A program made the translations under genes and the position numbers. Shown piece after piece: positions 1-9,845 of a DNA stretch of 64,000 bases. The stretch spans positions 10,204 through 74,203 of the forward strand of contig JBDRCO010000101.1 in assembly GCA_043821645.1 (NCBI GenBank), in the 5' to 3' direction. Source of the DNA: Pseudomonadota bacterium. GTDB taxonomy: Bacteria; Myxococcota; JACRCW01; JAFGSX01. Numbering within the stretch: position 1 is the first letter of the stretch; every line of letters starts with the position of its first letter. The notes beneath the pieces are model-generated. The model did no database searches and was not told the origin of the DNA. It worked only from the letters and a program-made list of their open reading frames with translations.

Positions 1-2088
1 CGACGCAGCTCTGGCAGCCGTCGTCGACACTGCCGTTGCAGTCGTTGTCGAGGTCATCGCCGCACTTCTCGGCGTTGCTCGGGTAGACGCTGCTGCGGCT
101 GTCGTCGCAGTCAACGGGTGCGCAGAAACCATCGCCATCCGCGTCGGTGCAGGCGTCGCAGCCTTCATCCGTCTGGCCGTTGCAGTTGTTGTCGACCTCG
201 TCGCCGCAGCGCTCGAGGACTCCGGGGTGCACACCGGGATGGTTGTCGTCACAGTCCACGGCCTCGCAAAAGCCGTCGTGGTCGCGGTCCACGCAGGTGT
301 CGCAGTCCTCGTCGGTCCGGCCGTCGCAGTTGTTGTCCCTGCCGTCGCCGCACAGCTCGCTGGCGCCCGGGTGGTCGCTGGCGTTCTGGTCATTGCAGTC
401 CTGAGCCTGGCAGCTGCCGTCGCCATCGGCGTCGATGCACAGACACACCCCCACGCCGTCGAGACCCTGGAACACCGGCGCGTCGCAGGCCTCGTCGCTA
501 CCGCAGTCGGTGTTGCCCAGGCAGAAGGGGACGCAGCGGCCGGTGGTCGCGCCGCTGGCTCCAGCGCACATCAGGCCGTCGGCGCACTCGAGCAGATCCC
601 CGAGCTCGACATTGCAGGCCGCGCCCTCGGCGATGCCGTGACTGGCGTAGCAGCTGGTGGCACCGGTGCGCGTCGGATAGCAGCCCAGGCCGCCGGAGCA
701 GCCTCCGCCACGCAGGTCACAGTTGTCGGGGGGAAAGCACACGTCGATGGCACCCGCGCAGCTGCTGTACACGCAGTCGAGCCAGGCCGTGTCGTCGGTG
801 ATGGTGTCGCACGAGGTCGAAAAACAACCGTTCATGGTGTCGAGCTGGTCCTGGGCCGTGACCGTGCCGCGTCCGTAGCAGGCGGCGGTGCAGGCGCTGT
901 CCCCCGACGTGCAGTCGACCATGCAGGTGTAGATCTGCTCGCAGCTCTCGCTCCCGCTGGCCTGTGGAAAGCACGCGCTCTTCTGGGCCCCGCACGAGCT
1001 GTCCGCGCAGGTCCAGTACGCGTCATCGCTGAGCCCCGCGCAGTTCTCATCGAGGCAGGCGAGCAGTGTGTTGAGCTGCGAACGCGCATTCTCGGTGCCC
1101 TGCAGGTAGCAGTTGCTCTGGCAACCCTGGTCGCTGCCGCAATCGCCCATGCAGCTGTAGATCTCGTCGCAGCTCAGGGTCTCGCACAGGGCGTTGCTGC
1201 AGGTGCCATTGCTCTGGCAGGCCTGGGCGCAGGTGCAGACCGACGGCGAGGTGAGGCAGTTTGGCGGTGCCACGCCCATCTGCTGCGCGATCCACGTCGA
1301 GTAGTGGTCGACGCGCATGTGGTTGTAGACACCCATGCAGGGATCGCCACCGCTGGAGCCAACTGTCGAGTTGACCCCGATGACGCGATAGCCATCCGCG
1401 AACTGGTACAGTCCTGGCCCGCCCGAGTCGCCAAAGCAGATCCCCGAGCCGCTGTATTCACCGCTGTAGGTGGCGCTGTCCACCCAGGACACTGCCACGG
1501 TGGCCGAGCGCTTGATGCCGCCGCCTGTGCGGTTGATGCCCTCGGTGACCCCGAAGCCCACGTAGAGGACACTGCCATCGACGAAGGCACCGTCCATGGT
1601 GGTGGTGTTGTAAGGGTAGGTCGGGACGCCGACGGCGGGCTGAGACAGATGGACCAGGCCCACGTCGTTCTCGATGGTGCTGCTGTTCCACTGCGGGTGG
1701 ACGTAGAAGGCGTCGGTGGGCAGGAAGGTCCCTGTCGACGGGCGCTGTGCCGAGGCCGTGGGATTGGCGTCGCTGCCCACGAAGAAGCGCACCATGCTCG
1801 GGGTGAGCGCGAGGTCCTCGCTGGTATCCAGGCAATGGGCTGCGGTCAGGACCCATTGCGGGGCGATCAGGGTGCCGGTGCAAAAAGAACCCTGGTAGCC
1901 GTAGCCCGGAACCTCGTAGGTCAAGGCACCCACGCCGAGCCAGCCACTCTCGCTGACGCCGCCCACGATGGCTTCACGCTGCGAACCCGCACGGGAGTCC
2001 AGGTCGCCTGGGGACAGGCGGTGGCGAGCACGGCCACGATCCAGGTTGCGGTCAGGCACATCTGCCATCGAGTCGCGCTGCGTGTCAT
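1..2088 (-). CDS. Secreted trypsin-like (S1) serine protease with C-terminal Cys-rich MopE-like / 'DNNCNGxxDEGC' repeats. The 3' end runs off the window start and the 5' end is apparently frameshifted.
   Basis: The minus-strand frame encodes 'REAIVGG', His 'LTAAHCL', Asp 'NDVGLVHL' and Ser 'CFGDSGGP', followed by about 400 aa of Cys-rich sequence with repeated 'CxDxDxDGxC...DCDDxxxxxxPG...ExCGDxxDNNCNGxxDEGC' units that continue to position 1. A signal peptide (MTRSATRWQMCLTATWIVAVLATACPQA) lies in a different frame and ends near a GGGG run at 2010-2013. The catalytic frame is open through 2068 (MADVP...) but has no signal peptide. Confidence 0.75.
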
Positions 2089-2653
2089 TCCGGTCTCCCT
2101 GTCGCTCATCTCTTGAGAGGACGCCGCCGTGCAGCTGCCGTCGCAGAGCCCGGCTGTGTGGCCGTAGAGGAATATCCGCAGGGGTGCTGATTGATCGAAA
2201 AAAGTCATTTATTTCATATAGATGTGACGAAGAACACATCTCGCAGGTCGCCTTTCGTGAGCGGGCGCACGTTGCGCTGCGTGGATGTGATCGACGGCAC
2301 GCGAGATCTTGGGGCCTGTGCTGGAACCTCGATCCGCCCCGGGAGCTTTGGCGGATAGCGCGCAAATACCGCTCGCCGACGAGGGCGGGTTACTGCTTCA
2401 GGAACTCAGGCTGACCGCGTCCGGTGGCGTCGGACGTCGAGTCGGGCGCCGGTGCCACGCATCGAATAACCGTCGCTGGAAGTTGCCATGGTGCGGGGCT
2501 GCGACCTCGTATCCGGGGAGACGTCTCAAGAATGCAGCGGCAAGAACGTGTGCTGTGCGCGCGGTCACACCGCGGATGTGATGCAGCGCACCCTCGTCGA
2601 GAAAGCTCGGCGCGGACCGCCAACTCCAGGGGTCGCGAGATAAGCTGATCGAC

Positions 2654-4438
2654 ATGCGTCACCATGAAATGCATACGCCCCGACCGGTCTGGTTCGTTCT
2701 CGCCGCAGTGCCAGTCGTGCTGGGGCTGGTTGCCTGCGAACCTCCCGTACAGGGTCCCTCGTCCGGCCCGCCTTCGTTGCGGCGCGATGCGGGTCTGCCT
2801 CCCGTCGACGCGGCCGTGCTCGACGCGACCGCGATGCTGGATGCCCAGGGCGCCGACCTGAACCTGCCGGACAGCTCGCTGCCGGACCTGGCCATGCCGG
2901 ACGGGGCTGGCTCGGATGCTGCCGTCGCGGACAGCGCCCGCCCCGACGTGCTCGCGGACTCGGCGAGTGCGGACGCCAACTGCGGCGCGGGTTGTCCTGG
3001 GCCCGAGAACACCCCGGAGCGCTGCAGCGATCACGTCGACAATGATGGCGATCCCTACATCGACTGTCGCGACCACGACTGCCTGCAGGTCTGGCCCTGC
3101 AACATCCCCGAATCCACCACCGAGGCCTGCAGCGATGGCCACGACAACGACGGCGACGGCTACCTCGACTGCAAGGACTTCAACTGCGATCTGGTGTGGC
3201 CCTGCAATGTGCCCGAGAACACCATCGAGGCCTGCCTCGATGGTTACGACAACGATGGTGACGGCGCCAGGGACTGCGCGGACCCCAACTGCGCGATCTT
3301 GCCGGTGTGCCTGCCCTACGAGAACACGGCGCTCACCTGCACCGACGGCGTGGACAATGACGGCGACAGCGACCAGGATTGCATCGACACCGAATGCCAG
3401 AGCCTGTCCGTGTGCGCCACTCACGAGGACGACGAGGCGACCTGCGCCGACCTGGTGGATAACGATGCTGACGGGGCATTCGACTGCCGGGACCCGGGCT
3501 GCGCGGCCACGACAGTGTGCAACGTGGCGCTGGTACGCATCGCGACATGGAACGTGGAAGCACTGTCCGCACCCGGGAGCACGCCCTATGGCGCGGCCCT
3601 GGCCGTGATCCAGCGCATCGCTCCCGACGTGATCTGCCTGCAGGAAGTGGAGGACATCGAGAGCGCATCCCTGACCTCGCTGGCCCAGGCGAGTGGCCTG
3701 GTGCACAGCTTCCAGGGCAGCATCTCGACCGCCATGTCCGGCGGCCTGACTGTGGCCTGCCTGTCGCGCTGGCCCCTGGACGAGGCCGCATCGCGCTCCT
3801 CCGATGACATCTCCAGCGACTCGAATGCCAACGAGACCGGTCGCGACATCGTTCAGCTTCGCGTGGCCGTGAGGCCGGGGAGTCTCTACCTCGGCGTGTT
3901 CAGTGTTCACCTCAAGGCTGGTTTCACCGATCTCGATCGCTTCCGGCGCCAGATCGAGGCACTGCGCCTGGCCCAGGTTGTGGCCCAGTACCGCGCGCGC
4001 TTCCCGACCGATCCCCTGGTGGTGATGGGAGATTTCAACGAGACCATCGACGACAGCAGCCTGGGCGCGGTGTGGGGTGTGGCGCCCGGCGGACTGCCGG
4101 TCAGCTATCGCCTGGGCAACGATGTCAGCTTCCCGCAGACCTACAGCCCCTTTGCCGGCCTCGACCAGCAGGGCTTCTCCTACACCTCGCCGACCCTCGA
4201 AGATCGCACCGACGTCGAGGCCACCCGCTTTGATTCCACGCGCCGCATCGACTACCTGATGTACCTCGGCCCGCGCTTGCTGGGCGACGAACTGTACGAC
4301 GCCTGCGAGGACAATGGCGTGGACGACGCCCCACTCGGCAACTGGCTCCCCAAGGCGGGTGCCCCCCTGGCCTGCAGCACCGTGCAGACCGCCTCGGATC
4401 ATCGTCCGGTGTTCGCTGACCTCGACGTTTCACCCTGA
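2654..4438 (+). CDS. Lipoprotein with six N-terminal Ca-binding-like 'CxDGxDNDGDGxxDCxDxxC' Cys repeats and a C-terminal endonuclease/exonuclease/phosphatase (EEP) domain.
   Basis: The signal peptide ends in the lipobox LVAC. The repeats have thrombospondin-type-3 / MopE-like 'DNDGDG' units. The C-terminal domain carries EEP signatures: 'IATWNVE', 'ICLQEV', 'GDFNE' and 'SDHRPVFADL'. Confidence 0.8.
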   Translation: MRHHEMHTPRPVWFVLAAVPVVLGLVACEPPVQGPSSGPPSLRRDAGLPPVDAAVLDATAMLDAQGADLNLPDSSLPDLAMPDGAGSDAAVADSARPDVLADSASADANCGAGCPGPENTPERCSDHVDNDGDPYIDCRDHDCLQVWPCNIPESTTEACSDGHDNDGDGYLDCKDFNCDLVWPCNVPENTIEACLDGYDNDGDGARDCADPNCAILPVCLPYENTALTCTDGVDNDGDSDQDCIDTECQSLSVCATHEDDEATCADLVDNDADGAFDCRDPGCAATTVCNVALVRIATWNVEALSAPGSTPYGAALAVIQRIAPDVICLQEVEDIESASLTSLAQASGLVHSFQGSISTAMSGGLTVACLSRWPLDEAASRSSDDISSDSNANETGRDIVQLRVAVRPGSLYLGVFSVHLKAGFTDLDRFRRQIEALRLAQVVAQYRARFPTDPLVVMGDFNETIDDSSLGAVWGVAPGGLPVSYRLGNDVSFPQTYSPFAGLDQQGFSYTSPTLEDRTDVEATRFDSTRRIDYLMYLGPRLLGDELYDACEDNGVDDAPLGNWLPKAGAPLACSTVQTASDHRPVFADLDVSP

Positions 4439-4529
4439 ACTCCGTCGACACCGGGCGTTGACCCGCCGAGACCGTCCTCGTAAACTGTCCTGGTTATCCA
4501 GGAGCGTGATCCCGCGAGGAGCCGGTCCC

Positions 4530-5381
4530 ATGCCGACATTGCCGCGTCTTGCATTGCCTCTTAGCGCCACGTGTCTGGTTGCCGTGCTTGCGGCCTGTCC
4601 CCCCGAGGTGGAACCCGCGCCCGAGGATCTCGATGGCGTGGCGCACTGGCTGTGGCTCAACTACACGCTTGCCGACGACACCGCCGTGGCCGACGCCGTG
4701 AACAAGCTTCACCGCGCCGCCGACGGGGAGACGCGCAGCGAACCCATGCGGGGTCGTCTGACGCGGCTTCAGTCTGCGGATCTCGCCGTGGTGGGCATGG
4801 AGCACAAGGATCCCAAGAAGGCGGTTGGCATCTTCGCCTTCACCGCCCTGGACTGCGACCTGAAGACGGTGGAAGAGCTGGTGTACGAGCTCGACCAGAA
4901 GCGATTCTTTCCGGAGGGCTACCAGTCCTACAACCGCCGCTACACCTCGGACTTCGACGCCTACAAGCGACGCGACGATCCATTTCTGTCCTGGGATGTG
5001 GACATCGACGCCATCATCTCCGGCGGAGTGCTCAATGTGCCCTACTCCGAATCCATCAAGGGTGGCATTCGCTACACCGGAACCCTCGATGGCGTCGAGG
5101 GGCAGTCCGGACCCTTCCTGGTGAGCCACACCTGGATGCCCGAACCCGCGGTGTTCGAGGACGACGTCAACAGCTTCAGCCAGGATTATCAGATCTCCGT
5201 TTACTACGAGCCGAAGCCGGGCCGGGTCCTGCACCTGTACGGCATCTGGCGTCAGATGTACTTCGGTGGCATCGGCCTGGGCACCGATGACAACTGGGTG
5301 CAAGACATACAGCTCGACAACCTGATCAAGTGGGACGAGCGCGTGCAGGAGATCTGTGCCACCTGGCCGGATGTGCCCTGA
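4530..5381 (+). CDS. Hypothetical lipoprotein.
   Basis: ATG at 4530 is preceded by GAGGA 10 nt upstream. The signal peptide MPTLPRLALPLSATCLVAVLAAC has a LAAC lipobox. The coding frame has high GC3. No recognisable catalytic motif. Confidence 0.6.
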   Translation: MPTLPRLALPLSATCLVAVLAACPPEVEPAPEDLDGVAHWLWLNYTLADDTAVADAVNKLHRAADGETRSEPMRGRLTRLQSADLAVVGMEHKDPKKAVGIFAFTALDCDLKTVEELVYELDQKRFFPEGYQSYNRRYTSDFDAYKRRDDPFLSWDVDIDAIISGGVLNVPYSESIKGGIRYTGTLDGVEGQSGPFLVSHTWMPEPAVFEDDVNSFSQDYQISVYYEPKPGRVLHLYGIWRQMYFGGIGLGTDDNWVQDIQLDNLIKWDERVQEICATWPDVP

Positions 5382-5421
5382 GCGACCCGTACATCGCAAC
5401 CCGCTCGAGCCGAGGCACAGC

Positions 5422-7509
5422 ATGGGTGCTCGTCCTTTGGTGCAGGGGCCTCGATGCGGCCAGCGAGGACGTCGTTCGGTTGTCCTTGTCACCTGCCTTG
5501 CCGCGATGTGCGTGCTGGCCTTTGCAGGCGCATCGGTGGCCACGACCGCTCCCTCCCTGATCTTCAACACGGACGTGGACGCGGACTTCTTCGACCTGCC
5601 GTTTCCACTCGACGCCCGGCGCCTTCCCGACGGCACGCCAGACCTGACCGGTTTTCCGAACCCGCGAGCTGTGGGTTTTGTGAACCGCGCCCTGGCCGCG
5701 TGCGCCGAGCGCTGCCAGGGTTTTTCACCCGCCACCTCGGTGTTCTTTCGCTTCACGGGCCTGCTGGATCTCAAGCAGGACGATCCCAGGGTGAGCCTGT
5801 CGCCAGCGGCGCAGAGCTTCGTCGTCGACGTGGATCCCTGGTCCGCAGGATATCTGCAAAGGCACCCGGTGCTGGTCCAGGCGACAGTGGATGGCGACAG
5901 CGTGCGCCCCGCCAACCTGCTGCAGTTGATGCCGCCCGCTGGACTGGGTCTGCGCCCCGGAACCACCTACGCGGCCGTGGTGCTGCGGCGATCCCCGGGT
6001 TCAGCCCGGCAGCTGGGGCGCTCCGAGACCCTCGAGGCCCTGCTGCGAGGCGAGCTTCCGCGGGGCGTCGCGACGACGCAGGCGAGTATCCTGCGCCAGG
6101 CCTACGACCCCCTGGCCCGAGCCCTGCCTCTGCTCAACCTGCGCGCTGGTGACATTGCTGCGGCCACGGTGTTCACCACCGACGATCCCACGGCCCTGCT
6201 GCGCGCCCAGGTGGCGTGGGCACGGGAACAGGCCCCGCTTCAGCCGAGATCGCTGCGCGTGGTCGAGGTGCGGGCGGGTTACAGCGTACTCCGCGGCAGC
6301 GTCGACATGCCCCGCTACCAGGAGGGCGTGCCCCCCTATCTGTTCCTTGGGGGCGCCCAGGTGCTGGACGAGCGCGGTCGACCCGTGGAGCAGGCGCGGA
6401 CCGAGGTGGAGTTCGAGTTCTCCATTCCGCACGGCCGGATGCCCGCCTCGGGTTTCCCGCTGTACTTCTACGTCCATGGTACCGGCGGCGAGGCGCACCA
6501 GCTGTCGACCCGTGGCTACCGCCTGGCTCCGGGCCAGGATAGCCAGCCGGGTACCATGCTCACGGATCTCGCGGCCGGACTGGGCTGGGCGGCGTCGTGC
6601 ATCGATGGGCCCTACAGCCCGAATCGCATCGGCCTGCGCGCCCTCGACGGGTACGCGGCTTACAACTTCTTCAGACCCGCCGTCATGCGGGACAACATCC
6701 TGCAGATGATCCTCGAGCAGGTGCACTTCCTGGATCTGCTCCGCTCCCTCCGCCTGGACCGCGCCCTGCTGCCCCAGGTCGACCTCGACCCAAACGGGGA
6801 CGGCCAGATCCGTCTCGACGTCGAGCACATGGTCGTGGGTGGGCAATCTCTTGGCAGCTACCTGTCGGGCATGCTGGCCGCGCTCACCGATGACTTCAGG
6901 GCAGCCATCCTCACGGGCGCCGGGGGGTCCTGGATAGAGTTTGCCTTTGGTCCCAAGGACCCTGTCGACCTGCTGGCCACCCTGGAGCAGCTCACCCTCG
7001 CCGGCGGTGAGCACTACGACCGCTTTCATCCCTTCTTGACCCTGTTCGAGATGGCGGTCGGGCCCGCGGACAACACCTTTTACCTGCCGCGCATCCTGCG
7101 TCGTCCGGAATTCGGACGCCGGCCGCCCCACGTGCTGGTCATCGAGGGCCACGTCGACCTGCAGGTGCCGACCAACCTGCAGCGAGCCCTGGTGCTGGCA
7201 CTGGGCGTGGACCTGCTCGGTGACGACGTGGGTGACACGGCCGAGGGGAGGCTGGATCCTGTGCTGCCCTGGGCAGAGTTGAGGACATTGCAGGGCTCTG
7301 CGGAGGGAAATCGACTGCTGCCCTCGGGGGAACCGCGCACGGCTGTTGTCGTGCGCTATGCCGAAGACGGGATCTTCGAGGGGCACTACGTCGCTTACCA
7401 GTGGCAGGCGCCCCGCGATCAGATCGCGAACCTGCTGCGGGCCATTGCCATCGACACGGTGCCCGTGATCCAGGATCTGTCCCGCACGCCAGGTGCGCGC
7501 CCGAGATGA
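5422..7509 (+). CDS. Secreted alpha/beta-hydrolase-fold protein, lipase/esterase-like.
   Basis: N-terminal signal-like segment. Motifs 'YFYVHGTGGEA' (HG oxyanion-hole-like) and 'GGQSLGSY' (GxSxG nucleophile elbow). The stop codon overlaps the start of the next gene (ATGA at 7506-7509). Confidence 0.6.
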   Translation: MGARPLVQGPRCGQRGRRSVVLVTCLAAMCVLAFAGASVATTAPSLIFNTDVDADFFDLPFPLDARRLPDGTPDLTGFPNPRAVGFVNRALAACAERCQGFSPATSVFFRFTGLLDLKQDDPRVSLSPAAQSFVVDVDPWSAGYLQRHPVLVQATVDGDSVRPANLLQLMPPAGLGLRPGTTYAAVVLRRSPGSARQLGRSETLEALLRGELPRGVATTQASILRQAYDPLARALPLLNLRAGDIAAATVFTTDDPTALLRAQVAWAREQAPLQPRSLRVVEVRAGYSVLRGSVDMPRYQEGVPPYLFLGGAQVLDERGRPVEQARTEVEFEFSIPHGRMPASGFPLYFYVHGTGGEAHQLSTRGYRLAPGQDSQPGTMLTDLAAGLGWAASCIDGPYSPNRIGLRALDGYAAYNFFRPAVMRDNILQMILEQVHFLDLLRSLRLDRALLPQVDLDPNGDGQIRLDVEHMVVGGQSLGSYLSGMLAALTDDFRAAILTGAGGSWIEFAFGPKDPVDLLATLEQLTLAGGEHYDRFHPFLTLFEMAVGPADNTFYLPRILRRPEFGRRPPHVLVIEGHVDLQVPTNLQRALVLALGVDLLGDDVGDTAEGRLDPVLPWAELRTLQGSAEGNRLLPSGEPRTAVVVRYAEDGIFEGHYVAYQWQAPRDQIANLLRAIAIDTVPVIQDLSRTPGARPR

Positions 7510-8816
7510 GCGGTGTCCTCGCCTGGCTCGCGGCACTGGCCATGGCCTCGCCCGGCGATGCCGCCAGCCCTGCAGCCCTGCGCTTGTCCACCGCAGCCTC
7601 GACTCCGACGGCCACGCACGTGCCGAGTGCCGACGAGAATCCCCCATTTGCCGAGGGGCTTGGTCTGGCAGCGGTCCCGACACTCGCCTTCAACAGCGAC
7701 GAGGGATTCGGCACGGGAGGGGTGGCCACCCTGTACCATCGTGGCGGCGGCGTGCTGCCGTACCGCAACGCATGGACCCTGCGCATCTTCATCTCGACCC
7801 GGCTGGTGCAGGCGCACAGCTTGACCTGGGACGCCGTGCGGCCGGCCGACCTGCCTCTGCGTGCCATTGCCCGCGCCGGGTTTTACAGCACCATCACCCA
7901 GAACTACTGCGGCGTTGGCAATGCGGTGCGCTGTGAACTCAGACACGCCGAGCGCGCAGCCGATGCTGCGAGCTTGCCGCGCGGCAGCGACGAGCGCGAA
8001 AGCTTTATCCGCCACTACTACCAGCTACGTTTTCTGCGCTTCTTTGGCGATGCCTTCGGGCGCTGGCGCCTGCGCGAGCTGCCACATCGCATCGAGCTCG
8101 TGGCGGGCTGGCGGGGGGCCTACTACTGGCCCGGCGAGTTCTTTCATGCCGGTCCCTATCCCGGAAGCCTGTATGCCGTGGACCATCCTGCCGGTGAGGA
8201 GGGTTACTCGAACCAGTTCCTGGGTGGCGTGATCGCCGACGACAGGGATCACGAGACCTATCCCACGCGGGGCTATCTGACCCAGGTGGTCCTGCGTGGC
8301 GCCACTCGTCTGCTCGGCTCGACCTGGGAGTACGGTGGGTTGATGGTCGACGCGGCGTGGTTTCATGCGCTGCTGCCTCACCAGCGTCTGGTGCTGGCCC
8401 TGCGGGTGCTCGGCGATGGAGTGCTCGGCAATCCTCCGGTCGACGAGATGGCACGCGTCGGTGGCATCCTGGATGCCATCGCCTTTGGTGGTCAGGCCCT
8501 GGGGCGCGGCATTCGGGAGCACCGCTACGTGGGCAAGCTCAAGCTGATCCATCAGCTCGAGCTGCGTAGCCAGCTCGTCGACGTCACCGTGCTGGAGCAG
8601 GACCTGAGCTTTGGTGGTGCGCTGTTCTATGACCTGGCCTGGATCGGTTACGACGTCGAAGAGCTGCGTGGAGAACCCCGCACCCTGCTCGGTGGTGCCG
8701 GGATCAGTTTTCGATTCATCTGGAACCGCGATTTTATCGTGCGGACGGATGTCGCGGTGAGCCCCCTCGAACGCTTCGCGCCGGGCATCTACATCATTGT
8801 CGGGAACGTGTTTTGA
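7506..8816 (+). CDS. Putative outer-membrane beta-barrel protein, possibly a FadL/porin-like transporter.
   Basis: Translationally coupled to the upstream hydrolase by an ATGA overlap. Ala-rich signal peptide, an alternating aromatic/hydrophilic beta-strand pattern, and a C-terminus 'IYIIVGNVF' ending in Phe, which is an outer-membrane-protein signature. No further family assignment is possible from the sequence alone. Confidence 0.45.
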   Translation: MSGVLAWLAALAMASPGDAASPAALRLSTAASTPTATHVPSADENPPFAEGLGLAAVPTLAFNSDEGFGTGGVATLYHRGGGVLPYRNAWTLRIFISTRLVQAHSLTWDAVRPADLPLRAIARAGFYSTITQNYCGVGNAVRCELRHAERAADAASLPRGSDERESFIRHYYQLRFLRFFGDAFGRWRLRELPHRIELVAGWRGAYYWPGEFFHAGPYPGSLYAVDHPAGEEGYSNQFLGGVIADDRDHETYPTRGYLTQVVLRGATRLLGSTWEYGGLMVDAAWFHALLPHQRLVLALRVLGDGVLGNPPVDEMARVGGILDAIAFGGQALGRGIREHRYVGKLKLIHQLELRSQLVDVTVLEQDLSFGGALFYDLAWIGYDVEELRGEPRTLLGGAGISFRFIWNRDFIVRTDVAVSPLERFAPGIYIIVGNVF

Positions 8817-8855
8817 GCTGGCGCCGCTCTCCTTCGGGCGTCCGCCGAGGTGTCC

Positions 8856-9830
8856 ATGTCCATCCCTGAGGGTTTTCGATTCTACTCTCCTGACGATGCG
8901 CTGGCCGAACGGGCGCGCTGGGCCCTGACTCGAATCTTCAAGCTCGCCGAAGTGGCCGCCGACGCGCTGCTCGAGGACCCGGCGCGGCGCATGCTGATGC
9001 GGGTGGCTGACGACGGCACGCTGGCTGGCTTCATCGTGTTCAAGGACTACAAGAGCGTGCTGCTGTCACCCGACAATGCCTTCATTGCGCGTGACGACAA
9101 GGACCTGCTGGCGACACCGGGTCTCAAGGTCTACTCCTTCGAGCAGGTCTGGTACCGCGACAACGACTTCGACATGGCCCGCATCCTGCGAGAGGTGCTG
9201 CCCGCCATGAGCACGATCCTGGACGGTGAGGCTGTGCGCTATGCCCTGCTGTGCCTGTTGCCCGACGGTCCGTCGAGCCAGGCGCTCGCTGACCTGCTGC
9301 TGGAGCAGGGCTTTCACATCAACCCCAACGTGTATTGCGATTATCGGTTCTCTCTCGGCCAGGTGCCGCAGGTCGCCGACGATGTCCCCGAGGCTCCTGT
9401 GGGCGTGGACCTGCGCAGCTTCGCTCATCCCCCCGACATGACGGCGCTGGTTACGACCTTCAACCGCGTGTTCGCCGGCGGAGCCGAGGCGCTGGAGCCC
9501 GCCCACGTGCAGGCCATGCTCGAGCTTCCAAGCTTCGCGCGGGACCTCAGCTTCTGGGTCGCGCGCGAGGGCAGGGTGGCCGGCTTCGTGTGGATGTTCT
9601 GGCAGGCACCAGGTGTGGCGAAGCTCAACCTCGTCGCCACGGATCCAGATTTTCGCGGTCAAGGCCTCGTGCTGTCATGCACGCCGGTGTTCATGCGCGC
9701 CTGCCAGCGCGCCGGGGTGCACTCCCTGAGCTTCACCATCCAGTCCGAGAACCGCGAGCCGCAGAAGATTGCGCGCAGTCTCGGTGCCGTGTTGACCCAG
9801 CGCCGCCAAACCTACATCCGCGCCAGGTAG
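8856..9830 (+). CDS. GNAT-family N-acetyltransferase-like protein, possibly with a tandem acyl-CoA N-acyltransferase fold.
   Basis: GAGGTG lies 4 nt before the ATG. A motif-A-like 'DPDFRGQGLVLSC' (R/Q-x-x-G-x-G). Two acetyltransferase-sized halves. An alternative GTG start is at 8850. Confidence 0.45.
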   Translation: MSIPEGFRFYSPDDALAERARWALTRIFKLAEVAADALLEDPARRMLMRVADDGTLAGFIVFKDYKSVLLSPDNAFIARDDKDLLATPGLKVYSFEQVWYRDNDFDMARILREVLPAMSTILDGEAVRYALLCLLPDGPSSQALADLLLEQGFHINPNVYCDYRFSLGQVPQVADDVPEAPVGVDLRSFAHPPDMTALVTTFNRVFAGGAEALEPAHVQAMLELPSFARDLSFWVAREGRVAGFVWMFWQAPGVAKLNLVATDPDFRGQGLVLSCTPVFMRACQRAGVHSLSFTIQSENREPQKIARSLGAVLTQRRQTYIRAR

Positions 9831-9845
9831 TCGCGAGGTCTGTCG

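Noticed and set aside
227-2116. A 629-aa plus-strand ORF.
   Set aside because: The translation is Ala/Val/Gly-rich nonsense typical of the antisense strand of a high-GC gene. The opposite strand encodes a clear S1 protease with catalytic motifs.
2390-4402. A 670-aa minus-strand ORF.
   Set aside because: Shadow ORF opposite the EEP lipoprotein gene. It has no motifs and antisense-like composition.
6001-7683. A 560-aa minus-strand ORF, and similar long ORFs 4494..5966(-), 9885..11069(+), 20730..22097(+), 20737..22137(-), 22263..23753(-), 49161..50570(+ part), 50670..51593(-) and 53803..55182(-).
   Set aside because: All lie opposite genes with clear family motifs and show His/Arg/Gly-rich shadow-frame composition.
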